A DNA stretch of 45,532 nucleotides from an uncultured Bacteroidales bacterium (GTDB taxonomy: Bacteria; Bacteroidota; Bacteroidia; Bacteroidales; JBBRXJ01): the NCBI GenBank assembly GCA_964606415.1, contig CAZSGN010000001.1:1-45532 (forward strand), given 5' to 3'. The translations under genes and the position numbers were made by a program. A model generated the notes under the pieces. It saw only the letters and a program-made list of their open reading frames with translations. It ran no database searches and was not told where the DNA came from. This document shows positions 27,035 through 37,216 of the stretch, one piece after another. Position 1 is the first letter of the stretch, and each line of letters starts with the position of its first letter.

Positions 27035-27529
27035 ATGGATTTAATTACTCCTGAATTTGGATTAGTCATCTGGATGATCATTTCGTTTGGAATTGTACTT
27101 TTCATTCTCAAAAAACTGGCATGGAAACCCATCCTGAAGGCAATTGAGCAAAGAGAAAACACTATTGAAAACTCACTTCAATCAGCCAAACATGCAAAAG
27201 AAGAAATGAGCAAAGTGAAGGCTGATAACGAGAAAATTCTTGAACAAGCTAAAATTGAGCGAAACAATATCATTAACGAAGGCAGGGAGATTAAAGAAAA
27301 AATAGTCAATGATGCCCGGGATGAAGCTACCAAAGAAACCCAGTCCATTATTGATGATGCCCGCCGGACCATCAATAATGAAAAACTGGCAGCCATAGAA
27401 GAGATGAAAACTCAGATCGTTGAATTATCCGTTAATATAGCTGAAAAAGTCATTAGTAATAATCTCAAAAACGATGAGGCTCAAAGGGATTACATCAAAA
27501 AAACGCTGGATGAACTTAATATCAATTAA
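27035..27529 (+). CDS. atpF: F0F1 ATP synthase subunit b
   Basis: N-terminal TM (GLVIWMIISFGIVLFIL) then a long charged helix; 164 aa; operon position. Confidence 0.88.
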   Translation: MDLITPEFGLVIWMIISFGIVLFILKKLAWKPILKAIEQRENTIENSLQSAKHAKEEMSKVKADNEKILEQAKIERNNIINEGREIKEKIVNDARDEATKETQSIIDDARRTINNEKLAAIEEMKTQIVELSVNIAEKVISNNLKNDEAQRDYIKKTLDELNIN

Positions 27530-27540
27530 GATATTTTTAT

Positions 27541-28092
27541 ATGGAAGATAGCAGAATAGGAGTCAGATACGCAAAAGCTCTTTATCTTCTTGGTAAGGAA
27601 CGAAATACACTAAACAAGCTTTATGAAGATGTGACAGCTATTTATAAGGTTGTCAAAACTTCTAAGGAGTTGCAATCTTTTCTCAATAGTCCTGTCATAA
27701 AAGACAAACAAAAAATTCAAACCATTAAAAAAGTTTTCGACAAACAAATCAATGAAGATCTTGTTAACTTATTTTGCCTAATGATTAAAAATAAACGCGG
27801 GGGGTATATCACATTGGCCCTTTTAAGCTTTACTGATTTATTCCGCGAAGAACATAATATTAAAAAAGCCACTATTACAACAACTTCGCCCATGGGCACG
27901 GATCTTTTTGAGCAAATTAACCAAAAGCTTTCAAAATCGATGGATGCAAAGATTGAAATAGAAGGGAATATTGATCAATCATTGCTGGGCGGCTTTGTGT
28001 TGAAAATTAATAATCAACAATATGACGCCAGTATCAAAAGAAAACTGGCAAACATTAAAAAAGAATTACTTCATTCAACAACATCTAATTAA
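27541..28092 (+). CDS. atpH: F0F1 ATP synthase subunit delta
   Basis: OSCP-like ([29 protein letters not shown]); 183 aa; operon position. Confidence 0.88.
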   Translation: MEDSRIGVRYAKALYLLGKERNTLNKLYEDVTAIYKVVKTSKELQSFLNSPVIKDKQKIQTIKKVFDKQINEDLVNLFCLMIKNKRGGYITLALLSFTDLFREEHNIKKATITTTSPMGTDLFEQINQKLSKSMDAKIEIEGNIDQSLLGGFVLKINNQQYDASIKRKLANIKKELLHSTTSN

Positions 28093-28100
28093 AAGATACT

Positions 28101-29687
28101 ATGGCTGGAATTAACCCTGCTGAGATTTCGGAAATACTTAAGACTCAACTTGAAGGATACCAGACGGAGACCAACATTGAAGAAGTAGGCTCTGTATTAC
28201 AGGTTGGAGATGGTATTGCTGTCATCCATGGACTTAACAATGTACAAGCAAATGAGTTAATCGAATTCGAGGATGGAACCAAAGGAATTGTTCTTAACCT
28301 GGAAGAAAACCATGTTGGGGCTGTCCTTTTAGGTGGAACAGGAAGTATTAATGAAGGTGATACGGTTAAGAGAACAGGCCAGATTGCATCTTTACCAGTT
28401 GGCGAAGGCATGATGGGTCGTATCGTTAATACGCTCGGTGAACCAATTGACAATAAAGGCCCCATCGAAGGTGAATTGTTTGATCTCCCTATGGATCGTA
28501 AGGCTCCCCAGGTTATTTTCAGGCAACCAGTTAAAGAACCCCTTCAAACCGGGATCAAAGCCATTGACTCAATGATTCCCATCGGACGGGGACAAAGGGA
28601 ATTAATTATCGGCGACAGACAAACAGGTAAAACAGCAATCGCCATTGATACAATCATCAACCAAAAAGAGTTCTACGATAAAGGTGAACCTGTTTATTGC
28701 ATATATGTCGCCGTTGGTCAAAAGGGCTCAACTGTTAGAAATATTGCTCGTACACTGGAGCAACACGGGGCCATGAGTTACACCTGCATTGTTTCAGCTA
28801 CTGCTTCAGACCCGGCTGCAATACAATTTTATGCTCCTTATGCAGGCGCATCTATTGGTGAATTTTTTAGAGATACCGGAAGGCATGCTCTTATTATTTA
28901 TGATGACCTCTCCAAACAGGCTGTTGCTTACAGGGAAGTATCACTCCTTCTCAAAAGACCACCAGGACGTGAGGCATACCCCGGGGATGTCTTTTACCTC
29001 CATTCAAGGTTGCTTGAAAGAGCAGCAAAAATCATTGAAGCTGACGAGGTTGCTGCAAATATTAACGATCTTCCTGCTCCACTAAAAGGAAAAATGAAAG
29101 GGGGTGGATCATTAACAGCCCTCCCCATTATCGAGACCCAAGCAGGTGACGTTTCGGCTTATATCCCAACCAATGTTATCTCCATTACTGACGGTCAAAT
29201 ATTCCTGGAATCCAACCTTTTTAACTCCGGAATTCGTCCAGCAATTAATGTTGGTATTTCTGTTTCAAGAGTTGGTGGAAGTGCCCAGATCAAATCCATG
29301 AAAAAAATCGCCGGTACACTTAAATTAGACCAGGCTCAATATCGTGAATTAGAAGCTTTCTCCAAATTCGGCTCAGACCTGGATGATTCCACCAAAGCAA
29401 TTATTGATAAAGGGGCAAAGAACGTTCAATTATTAAAACAAGATCAATACACCCCAATGCCTGTAGAAAAACAAGTGGCTATTATATATTGTGGAACCAA
29501 GGGTTTACTCAAAGAAGTGCCTATTAATAAAGTAAAAGAATTTGAAGAATCATTTCTCGAATTTATCGAAACCAAGTACAATCAGGTTCTTGAAACTTTG
29601 AAAAAGGGTGAGATTAATGACGAGATTACCAAAGTGCTGGAAGATACAGCCGCTGAGATAGCACTGAAATATAAGCATGAAGATTAA
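28101..29687 (+). CDS. atpA: F0F1 ATP synthase subunit alpha
   Basis: Walker [42 protein letters not shown]; 528 aa. Confidence 0.97.
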   Translation: MAGINPAEISEILKTQLEGYQTETNIEEVGSVLQVGDGIAVIHGLNNVQANELIEFEDGTKGIVLNLEENHVGAVLLGGTGSINEGDTVKRTGQIASLPVGEGMMGRIVNTLGEPIDNKGPIEGELFDLPMDRKAPQVIFRQPVKEPLQTGIKAIDSMIPIGRGQRELIIGDRQTGKTAIAIDTIINQKEFYDKGEPVYCIYVAVGQKGSTVRNIARTLEQHGAMSYTCIVSATASDPAAIQFYAPYAGASIGEFFRDTGRHALIIYDDLSKQAVAYREVSLLLKRPPGREAYPGDVFYLHSRLLERAAKIIEADEVAANINDLPAPLKGKMKGGGSLTALPIIETQAGDVSAYIPTNVISITDGQIFLESNLFNSGIRPAINVGISVSRVGGSAQIKSMKKIAGTLKLDQAQYRELEAFSKFGSDLDDSTKAIIDKGAKNVQLLKQDQYTPMPVEKQVAIIYCGTKGLLKEVPINKVKEFEESFLEFIETKYNQVLETLKKGEINDEITKVLEDTAAEIALKYKHED

Positions 29688-29713
29688 ACAGGAGTCAACA
29701 AAAATAAGGATAG

Positions 29714-30619
29714 ATGGCCAATCTTAAGGAAATCAGAACACGCATCGCATCCGTTAAATCAACACGGCAAATAACCAGTGCCATGAAAATGGTTTCTGCA
29801 GCCAAATTAAAAAGAGCAACAGGTGCATTAGATCGCCTGCGCCCTTACGCGGAAAAATTAACTTCAATATTACAGGGTGTTAATGCTAACATAGATATTG
29901 AGGAAAATATCTATGCAGAAAAACGTGACCCCTATAAGGTACTAATCATTCCTATTACATCTAATAAAGGGTTGTGCGGTGCATTCAATGCTGCTGTCAT
30001 CAAAAAAACAATAGAATTAGCTCATTATACATACGAAGATATTCTTGAAGATAATAATCTTGATTTTCTGCCTATCGGTAAAAAAGCCTGGGAATATCTT
30101 AATAATCATGGCTACCGGATCATTGGCGAAGAAAATGAGCTCCTTGACCACCTGTCTTTTGACGATGTGAAGCCCATAGCAAAATACTTAATGGAATATT
30201 TTGTTAAAAAAGATTATGACAGGATTGAGTTGGTTTACAATCACTTTAAAAATGCAGCTGTTTACATCTTAACCAGCGAAACTTTTCTGCCCCTTGGACA
30301 AAAACATAGGGAAATGATGGAATCAACCGAAAAAAATGATAATGACTGTTTCGAATTTGATTACATTTTTGAACCATCAAAAGAAAACATATTAAAAACC
30401 ATTATTCCCGAATCACTGAAAATACAATTTTACAAAGCCTTACTGGAATCACAGGCAGCAGAACATGGCGCCCGTATGACAGCAATGCACCAGGCCACAG
30501 ATAATGCAACAGATATTGTACAAGACCTGACCCTCCAATACAATAAGGCTCGACAGGCAGCTATTACAAAAGAAATATCAGAAATTGTCAGTGGTGCGGA
30601 AGCACTCAAAAATGAATAA
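29714..30619 (+). CDS. atpG: F0F1 ATP synthase subunit gamma
   Basis: LKEIRTRIASVKSTRQITSAMKMVSAAKL start and NKARQAAITKEISEIVSGAEAL end; 301 aa. Confidence 0.95.
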   Translation: MANLKEIRTRIASVKSTRQITSAMKMVSAAKLKRATGALDRLRPYAEKLTSILQGVNANIDIEENIYAEKRDPYKVLIIPITSNKGLCGAFNAAVIKKTIELAHYTYEDILEDNNLDFLPIGKKAWEYLNNHGYRIIGEENELLDHLSFDDVKPIAKYLMEYFVKKDYDRIELVYNHFKNAAVYILTSETFLPLGQKHREMMESTEKNDNDCFEFDYIFEPSKENILKTIIPESLKIQFYKALLESQAAEHGARMTAMHQATDNATDIVQDLTLQYNKARQAAITKEISEIVSGAEALKNE

Positions 30620-30658
30620 ATAAATGGCTTCATTATATGATAAGTCCAAGGCAAACCA

Positions 30659-31966
30659 CTAATCTATCCTTTTAACAGAAGCACCCAGAAGCGTTAACCG
30701 CTCATCAATCCGTTCATAGCCACGATCGATCTGATCTACATTATGAATAACACTAGTACCATCAGCTGACAAGGCAGCAATGAGTAAGGCCACACCAGCC
30801 CTTATATCCGGAGAAGTCATAACCGTTGGCTGCAATTGGATCTCATGATTTAATCCGATTACTGTTGCCCGGTGCGGATCACACAAGATAATCTGTGCTC
30901 CCATATCAATCAACTTATCGACAAAAAATAAACGGCTTTCAAACATCTTTTGGTGAATCAACACGCTACCCTTTGCCTGGGTGGCAACAACAAGAAAAAC
31001 ACTTAACAAATCAGGAGTTAACCCCGGCCATATTGCATCAGCAATGACCATAATAGAACCATCCATGAAAGTCTCTATTCGATAATGATCTTGCTGAGCG
31101 ATAATAATATCGTCATCTTTTCGATATAGCTCTATGCCTAAACGTCTGAAAGAATCAGGGATGATTCCCAGATTTTCATAAGAAACATTTTTTATCGTTA
31201 TCGAAGAGCGTGTCATAGCTGCCATGCCAATAAAACTACCAACTTCAATCATATCTGGTAAAATATGATGATCACATCCCGATAATTCGTTAACTCCTTT
31301 AATCGTAAGAAGATTAGAGCCAACCCCTTCGATCTGAGCCCCCATCTTATTCAACATTCTGCAAAGTTGCTGCACATAGGGTTCACACGCTGCATTATAG
31401 ATCACTGTTTGGCCTTCTGCCAATACCGCTGCCATGATAATATTGGCGGTGCCAGTAACAGAAGCTTCTTCCAGATGCATATAACAGCCTTTTAACCTAT
31501 GCGCTTCAAATTTATAAAGCCGGTTCTTTTCATCATGAGCCAAGTTTGCACCGAGTTTTTGAAAACCTTCGAAATGCGTATCTAATCGTCTTCGTCCAAT
31601 TTTATCTCCTCCCGGTTTTGGCATATATGCCATGCCAAACCTCGCGAGCAATGGGCCAATCAACATCACCGACCCCCGCAAGGCTCCTGCTCTGTCACGA
31701 AAATCAGATGTCCGCAGATATTCGATATCTATACTACTGGCTTGAAATGTATAATGATGATGATCGTGCCGGGTAATATTAACGCCCAGTTGATGAAGCA
31801 AAGAAATAAGACTGTTAATATCAATAATTGCCGGGAGATTGCGGACAATAACCGGCTCTGAAGTCAAAAGGACCGCACATAATATCTGCAGCGCCTCATT
31901 TTTGGCTCCCTGTGTTTGAATCTCGCCGGAAAGTTGTTTTCCTCCCTGAACTTCAAATGCAGACAT
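30659..31966 (-). CDS. murA: UDP-N-acetylglucosamine 1-carboxyvinyltransferase
   Basis: GAKNEALQILCA, KPGGDKIGRRRLDTH active-site loop (Asp at the position of E. coli Cys115), HRATVIG, DIRAG; 435 aa. Confidence 0.95.
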   Translation of the reverse strand: MSAFEVQGGKQLSGEIQTQGAKNEALQILCAVLLTSEPVIVRNLPAIIDINSLISLLHQLGVNITRHDHHHYTFQASSIDIEYLRTSDFRDRAGALRGSVMLIGPLLARFGMAYMPKPGGDKIGRRRLDTHFEGFQKLGANLAHDEKNRLYKFEAHRLKGCYMHLEEASVTGTANIIMAAVLAEGQTVIYNAACEPYVQQLCRMLNKMGAQIEGVGSNLLTIKGVNELSGCDHHILPDMIEVGSFIGMAAMTRSSITIKNVSYENLGIIPDSFRRLGIELYRKDDDIIIAQQDHYRIETFMDGSIMVIADAIWPGLTPDLLSVFLVVATQAKGSVLIHQKMFESRLFFVDKLIDMGAQIILCDPHRATVIGLNHEIQLQPTVMTSPDIRAGVALLIAALSADGTSVIHNVDQIDRGYERIDERLTLLGASVKRID

Positions 31967-31971
31967 ACGAA

Positions 31972-32598
31972 CTATCTTTTCCGGTAGTTGTTATTACCTG
32001 ATTTCTGTTTACGCTTTGTATTGGCCGGATTGGTATTGGTCTTTAGATTTTTAGCATCCGAGAGTTTCATGTTTCTGTCAACATTTAACTTACCCCCGGA
32101 TAATTCTTCCAAATCCGAAAAAATGACATCATCATTCACCATAGAATCATTATTCCAGGTTAAATAAAGCCTTTTCATATGATTGGCAATAAGATTAACC
32201 AGAATCTCTTTTTCTTCCGGGTTTTGCATTTCAATGGCCTTTTTAATCATCAATTCAACAGTGCGTCCATAATGCTTATACCTTATTCTATTCTGGCAAT
32301 AACCAACCTGATTTGGTTTACTATAAAGAATATCAGGTGTCGGGATTTCATAAGGATAATCGACATCAAGCTTAAAGTCTGAGATAATAGCAAGATGATC
32401 CCACAATTTCCTTTTATACTCGGGATTATCCCGGAAATTAGGATTAATATTAGCCATAACCTGCACAATTGATTGTGCACAACGGTTGCGTTCTTCACGA
32501 TCTTCGAGAGACATCGCGTGAAGAACCATTTTCTGAACATTACGCCCGTATTCAGGCAAAACTAAACCCTTACGCTGGGTATTATATTCATAAATCAT
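31972..32598 (-). CDS. DUF4290 domain protein
   Basis: YNTQRKGLVLPEYGRNVQKMV start, which I recognise as DUF4290, immediately upstream of murA. As I recall, this is the usual Bacteroidota arrangement. 208 aa. Confidence 0.7.
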   Translation of the reverse strand: MIYEYNTQRKGLVLPEYGRNVQKMVLHAMSLEDREERNRCAQSIVQVMANINPNFRDNPEYKRKLWDHLAIISDFKLDVDYPYEIPTPDILYSKPNQVGYCQNRIRYKHYGRTVELMIKKAIEMQNPEEKEILVNLIANHMKRLYLTWNNDSMVNDDVIFSDLEELSGGKLNVDRNMKLSDAKNLKTNTNPANTKRKQKSGNNNYRKR

Positions 32599-32864
32599 CT
32601 GAAAAAAATTAAAATAATATGATGTGAACTAATAAAAATAAAGAAAGTAACCAATAACACTTATAGCCCACTTATTTATTCAGCGCACAAAAAATGTTTG
32701 CTTTTACTTGTTACATTTACTTGAAAATCAAAGCATTTATCAATTTACAATAACTGCCTGGAACTTCATCCAATAAGAAGGTATTTATTATTACAAAGAC
32801 TATTTTGCAAAGTTAACATTTTCAATGCATTTATCAAAGAAGCATTAAAAAAAGACACTATTAA

Positions 32865-35171
32865 TTAATTGTTTTGTATAATTTTTAATTTAGCAAATTT
32901 CAATAATAACTGCTTTTGCCCATGTTCCTTAAAAAAAACAGTCGCTTTTCTATTTGGCATTTTACCTTCAATATTCAACACTTTCCCGCTGCCAAAACGC
33001 TTATGCTTAACATCCATGCCGGATTGTATCTTCTCCGGGTCATCGGGAACAAACTCCTCATCTGAATTCGCAGGAGGTGTCATTTTAGGTTTTACGCCAT
33101 CAAGATATGCTTGTCCTTTATTTTGTTTAGCCCCCATCGCCTGTTTAGCCAACCCACTGGTCATGGTATTCACTTCTTTTTTAACCATACCAACATGCTC
33201 ATCAAAAAGCTCCTCAGGCAAAATAAGGTAATCAGGATCAATATCTTTAATAAAACGACTTGGCGTAACCGATGTTGTATTTCCCCATTTAAACCGCTCA
33301 ATAGCATAAGAAATGGTGATAGATTTTCTGGCCCTCGTGAGTGCAACATAAAATAAACGTCTTTCTTCTTCCAGGTCTTTTTCAGAAAAAGTAGTCATTG
33401 ATGAAGGAAAAAGATTTTCTTCTACACCCACAACATAAATATGATCAAATTCGAGTCCTTTGGCTGAATGGATCGTCATCATCGAGACGCGGTCATCATC
33501 CTCTTCATCATTGTTCTCCTCTCCGGTCAGCAAAGCAACATTCTCCATATAAGCATCCAGTGACAAAATTTGTCCCTCTTCCCGATGATTCTCGGCAAAT
33601 TCACTGATGCTACTCAACAACTCCTGCACATTTTCGTAACGCTGAAGATTCTCAGGATTCTCTTTATAATCCAGTTCTTTAATAATCCCTGTTTGGTTGA
33701 TCACAAAAGAAGCTATTTCATAGACATCGGTATGCTGAGCTTTTTCAGTAAGTACCCGGATCAAATCAACAAACCCCTTTAACTTATTTAAAGTCCCTCC
33801 ATTTAAACCAAGCGGATGCTGATCAGGATGCGTCAATACATCCCAAACAGGCACCATCTTGTCATTTGAATAGTTCATCAATTTATTCAGAGTCGTTGCA
33901 CCTATTCCCCGGGCAGGATAATTGATGATTCTTTTTATTGCTTCTTCATCTTTTTTATTAATAATCAGACGAAAATAAGCAAGAACATCTTTAATTTCTT
34001 TACGCTGATAAAAAGAAAGGCTTCCATAGATCCGATATGGGATTTGTTGATTTCGGAAAACTTCCTCAAAAATTCTTGACTGAGCATTGGTCCGGTATAA
34101 AATGGCATGCTCTTTATATGCTCCGCCACGATCTATTTTATTATTAATCAATGCTGCAACAGTAAACCCCTCCTGATTATCAGTCCTGTTATGCAGGACA
34201 CGAATCTTATCTCCTTTATCATTATCTGAAAAGAGATGTTTCTCTATCTGTTTATCATTCTTTTTAATAACACTATTGGCAGCATTCACAATAACTTTTG
34301 TAGAACGATAATTCTGTTCCAGTTTGTGCATTTTGCATTCAGGATAATCCCGCTTAAAATTCAATATGTTTTCCACCATTGCTCCACGAAAGGAGTAAAT
34401 GCTTTGGGCATCATCACCAACAACGCAAACATTATTAAACTGTGCCGCCAGCTTCTTAACGATCAAGTATTGTGCATAATTGGTATCCTGGTACTCATCC
34501 ACCAAAATATATTTAAAGTATCCCTGATATTTTTCCAAAAGATCCGGATAATCACGGAAAAGGATATTGGTATTCAAAAGCAGATCATCAAAGTCCATGG
34601 CATCTGCCTTTTTACATCGCTGCGCATAAAGCTTATAAATATCAGCTATCCGTGGTCTCTTTGAAGCATTATCGGCAGCAATTAGCTGATTATTCCCATA
34701 ATATGCCTGGGCAGTAATTAAACTGTTTTTCGCGAAAGATATCCGTCCAAAAACCTGGTTCGGTTTATAAGTCTTATCATCAAGGTGTAATTCTTTGATA
34801 ATCGCTTTAATCTGGTTTTTAGAATCGACCGTATCGTAAATCGTGAAATTTTTGGTGTATCCGAGGCACTCAGCTTCACGCCTCAATATCCGGGAAAAAA
34901 CAGAGTGGAAGGTTCCCATCCAGATATCCTTTGCTTTTGCATCACCAACAATAGCAGCAATACGTTCTTTCATCTCTTTAGCTGCTTTGTTTGTAAAAGT
35001 AAGAGCAAGGATTTTAAAAGGTGATACACCTTTATTTAAGAGATGAGCAATACGATAAGTCAGTACACGGGTTTTACCACTTCCGGCTCCTGCGATAACC
35101 ACAGAAGGCCCTTCGGTATCCACAACAGCTTTTTGTTGTGCATCGTTTAGTTGTGTTAAGTATTCAGCCAC
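32865..35171 (-). CDS. uvrD: UvrD/PcrA-type ATP-dependent DNA helicase
   Basis: Motif I AGAGSGKT, LTFTNKAA, DEYQDTN, VGDDAQSIYSFRGA, MTIHSAKGLEF, YVALTRA; GTG start; 768 aa. Confidence 0.93.
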   Translation of the reverse strand: MAEYLTQLNDAQQKAVVDTEGPSVVIAGAGSGKTRVLTYRIAHLLNKGVSPFKILALTFTNKAAKEMKERIAAIVGDAKAKDIWMGTFHSVFSRILRREAECLGYTKNFTIYDTVDSKNQIKAIIKELHLDDKTYKPNQVFGRISFAKNSLITAQAYYGNNQLIAADNASKRPRIADIYKLYAQRCKKADAMDFDDLLLNTNILFRDYPDLLEKYQGYFKYILVDEYQDTNYAQYLIVKKLAAQFNNVCVVGDDAQSIYSFRGAMVENILNFKRDYPECKMHKLEQNYRSTKVIVNAANSVIKKNDKQIEKHLFSDNDKGDKIRVLHNRTDNQEGFTVAALINNKIDRGGAYKEHAILYRTNAQSRIFEEVFRNQQIPYRIYGSLSFYQRKEIKDVLAYFRLIINKKDEEAIKRIINYPARGIGATTLNKLMNYSNDKMVPVWDVLTHPDQHPLGLNGGTLNKLKGFVDLIRVLTEKAQHTDVYEIASFVINQTGIIKELDYKENPENLQRYENVQELLSSISEFAENHREEGQILSLDAYMENVALLTGEENNDEEDDDRVSMMTIHSAKGLEFDHIYVVGVEENLFPSSMTTFSEKDLEEERRLFYVALTRARKSITISYAIERFKWGNTTSVTPSRFIKDIDPDYLILPEELFDEHVGMVKKEVNTMTSGLAKQAMGAKQNKGQAYLDGVKPKMTPPANSDEEFVPDDPEKIQSGMDVKHKRFGSGKVLNIEGKMPNRKATVFFKEHGQKQLLLKFAKLKIIQNN

Positions 35172-35190
35172 GTTTTTTTGCTTTTTACTT

Positions 35191-35198
35191 CAAAAATA
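35191..35198 (-). promoter_or_regulatory. candidate -7 box TATTTTTG for uvrD
   Basis: The reverse complement of caaaaata matches TAnnTTTG, 20 nt upstream of the GTG start at 35171. Confidence 0.35.
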
Positions 35199-35397
35199 AT
35201 GATTTGTTAAAGGGAAATGGAATAATCATTAAAAGAGTTTTCAAACATCCCATTAATTAACTGATTTTTAGATATGTTAGGATTCACATAAATTGATTAA
35301 TAAATGTTCAATGAACAATATAGCCCAACCACTATTCATTTTCTTTGCTTAATAAAATAATAGAAGATAAAAATGTTTAAACAACAATAATTTATTA

Positions 35398-35405
35398 TAT
35401 TTTTG
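35398..35405 (+). promoter_or_regulatory. candidate -7 box TATTTTTG for the 35440 gene
   Basis: TAnnTTTG match 35 nt upstream of the ATG. Confidence 0.4.
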
Positions 35406-35439
35406 CCGTTTATATAGTTGGTTAGAGAAAAGGTTCCTA

Positions 35440-37065
35440 ATGAGATATTTAATTGCACTTCTTTTTTGTTATATGTTGACACCTCATCAGGCTCATTCAC
35501 AAATTTATTCTGTTGAGGCTGATGATGCCATCGCCGCATCCTATTTCATTGACACCACCCTGATAACAGACACTAATTACGCTGATACAGTTTATTTCTT
35601 TAACGATTCTATACATTTTGACAGCCTTACGGCGCCTGGCTACCGGGTCATTACAGACTCCGTCCGGACAAAAGACAGCACATGGTCCTTAAGAGACAAT
35701 AATTATTTTGACAATGATCTTGAAACCATTGTATATTTTTCCATTATCGAGGACACCATATTTTATAACCGTGCCTCCATTATCAAACCAGATTCTATAT
35801 TTATTTTTCATATTCACCCGGATAAAAGCGATACAACAAAAGGGCAGTTAACAGCCCGTCACCCGTTTGATACCAACAATCATAATTTCGAGTGGTTTAA
35901 ATATGATTCTTTAACGGGTGATTTTTCAATTCCCATACAAAATGACACGAATATACGAACATCATCCATTTCGGATCTGGCTTCGGGTGGTTACAAAATA
36001 AACATATCGGGCACACAACCAGACACATCCTTTCATGCATGGGTTTTCAATGATTATCATCATATCTACATAGGTGATGATTTTAAAGATTCCACAGGCA
36101 AGCTATACCCACACCGGCATCCCTGCTCAAAAATAGAGTTGGGCTCAACGAAAGAAGCCAATCAGTTTATATTTTTTGACCATTATGAAGATACATCCAT
36201 TGTTTTAGACAATAAAACCACTTACTCCTGGTTTAAACGTGAAAAAGAGAACCCTTCAAACATTGAACCATTAAAATTTAGTAGCCGTCCCACTGTTATT
36301 CTTCGCGACAACCTGCCTTCCAAAGATCATTATTTTATTGTCAGTGCAAAAGATAATTACGGCAATAAAAGCAGGGACTCGGTGCTATGTGAATCGATCA
36401 TTCCTGAAGCAAAATTTAGTGCCTTTTATAAAGAGAGTAAAGACGATGAAAACAAAGCTTATGAAGAAGCACCTGTAGATGCATTATCATCCGGGAGCTC
36501 ACCCTTGCGAACGATTTTTATTGATGAATCAATCAATGCAGCCCGGACCACTTTTTTCATGGGTGACGATTACCAGGTAAAAAACTTTGAAGAGGATATC
36601 GGATATACCGGACAAGACCCTCATGACTCTTCCCATATTTACCTGATACCTGATAAATATAGTATCGAACTCATTGCTATTAGTAGTGAGAATTGTACAG
36701 ATACTTTGCGCGGGGAAGAAATGATCGAAGTTGTTCCGAGTGAAATACAGGAATTACCTAATGTTTTCTCCCCGAATGGAGATGGGATTAATGATTACTT
36801 CAAAATCAAGAAAGAAAACTTTAACTCCCTTAAATATTTTGAAATCTTAATTTATAATGCCTCAGGCAACCTTGTTTACGAATTCAATGGAGATATTAAC
36901 TCATGGGAAGGCTGGGATGGAAAAATAAGGGAAAGCAACCGAATTGCTCAACCAGGAATCTATTACTACTACATTAAGGCCTCCGGGTGGGAACAACAAC
37001 CAGCCGTCAATTATGACGGAAAGAAATATTCCGGTTTTCTGTACCTGTTTAAAGACAAAAATTAA
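35440..37065 (+). CDS. secreted protein with T9SS type-B (CHU_C-like) C-terminal sorting domain
   Basis: Signal peptide MRYLIALLFCYMLTPHQAHSQ. C-terminus LPNVFSPNGDGINDYFKI...ILIYNASGNLVY....WDGK....AQPGIYYYYI....GFLYLFK. 541 aa. Confidence 0.75.
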   Translation: MRYLIALLFCYMLTPHQAHSQIYSVEADDAIAASYFIDTTLITDTNYADTVYFFNDSIHFDSLTAPGYRVITDSVRTKDSTWSLRDNNYFDNDLETIVYFSIIEDTIFYNRASIIKPDSIFIFHIHPDKSDTTKGQLTARHPFDTNNHNFEWFKYDSLTGDFSIPIQNDTNIRTSSISDLASGGYKINISGTQPDTSFHAWVFNDYHHIYIGDDFKDSTGKLYPHRHPCSKIELGSTKEANQFIFFDHYEDTSIVLDNKTTYSWFKREKENPSNIEPLKFSSRPTVILRDNLPSKDHYFIVSAKDNYGNKSRDSVLCESIIPEAKFSAFYKESKDDENKAYEEAPVDALSSGSSPLRTIFIDESINAARTTFFMGDDYQVKNFEEDIGYTGQDPHDSSHIYLIPDKYSIELIAISSENCTDTLRGEEMIEVVPSEIQELPNVFSPNGDGINDYFKIKKENFNSLKYFEILIYNASGNLVYEFNGDINSWEGWDGKIRESNRIAQPGIYYYYIKASGWEQQPAVNYDGKKYSGFLYLFKDKN

Positions 37066-37216
37066 TAGTGTCCTTTGTGCATATGACCAGTAACAAAAAT
37101 ATACCCATGTTACCAATAAGACCATTACTATGCCATGGATTCATTTGCCATTCAAACATAATGACAATAGCCCGTAATAAGGATTTACGGATATATTCCT
37201 AAAACAAACAACAAAA

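Noticed and set aside
32869-34664. Several 67-142-aa plus-strand ORFs inside the uvrD/pcrA region
   Set aside because: All lie antisense to a helicase gene with every canonical motif. They are low-complexity shadow ORFs.
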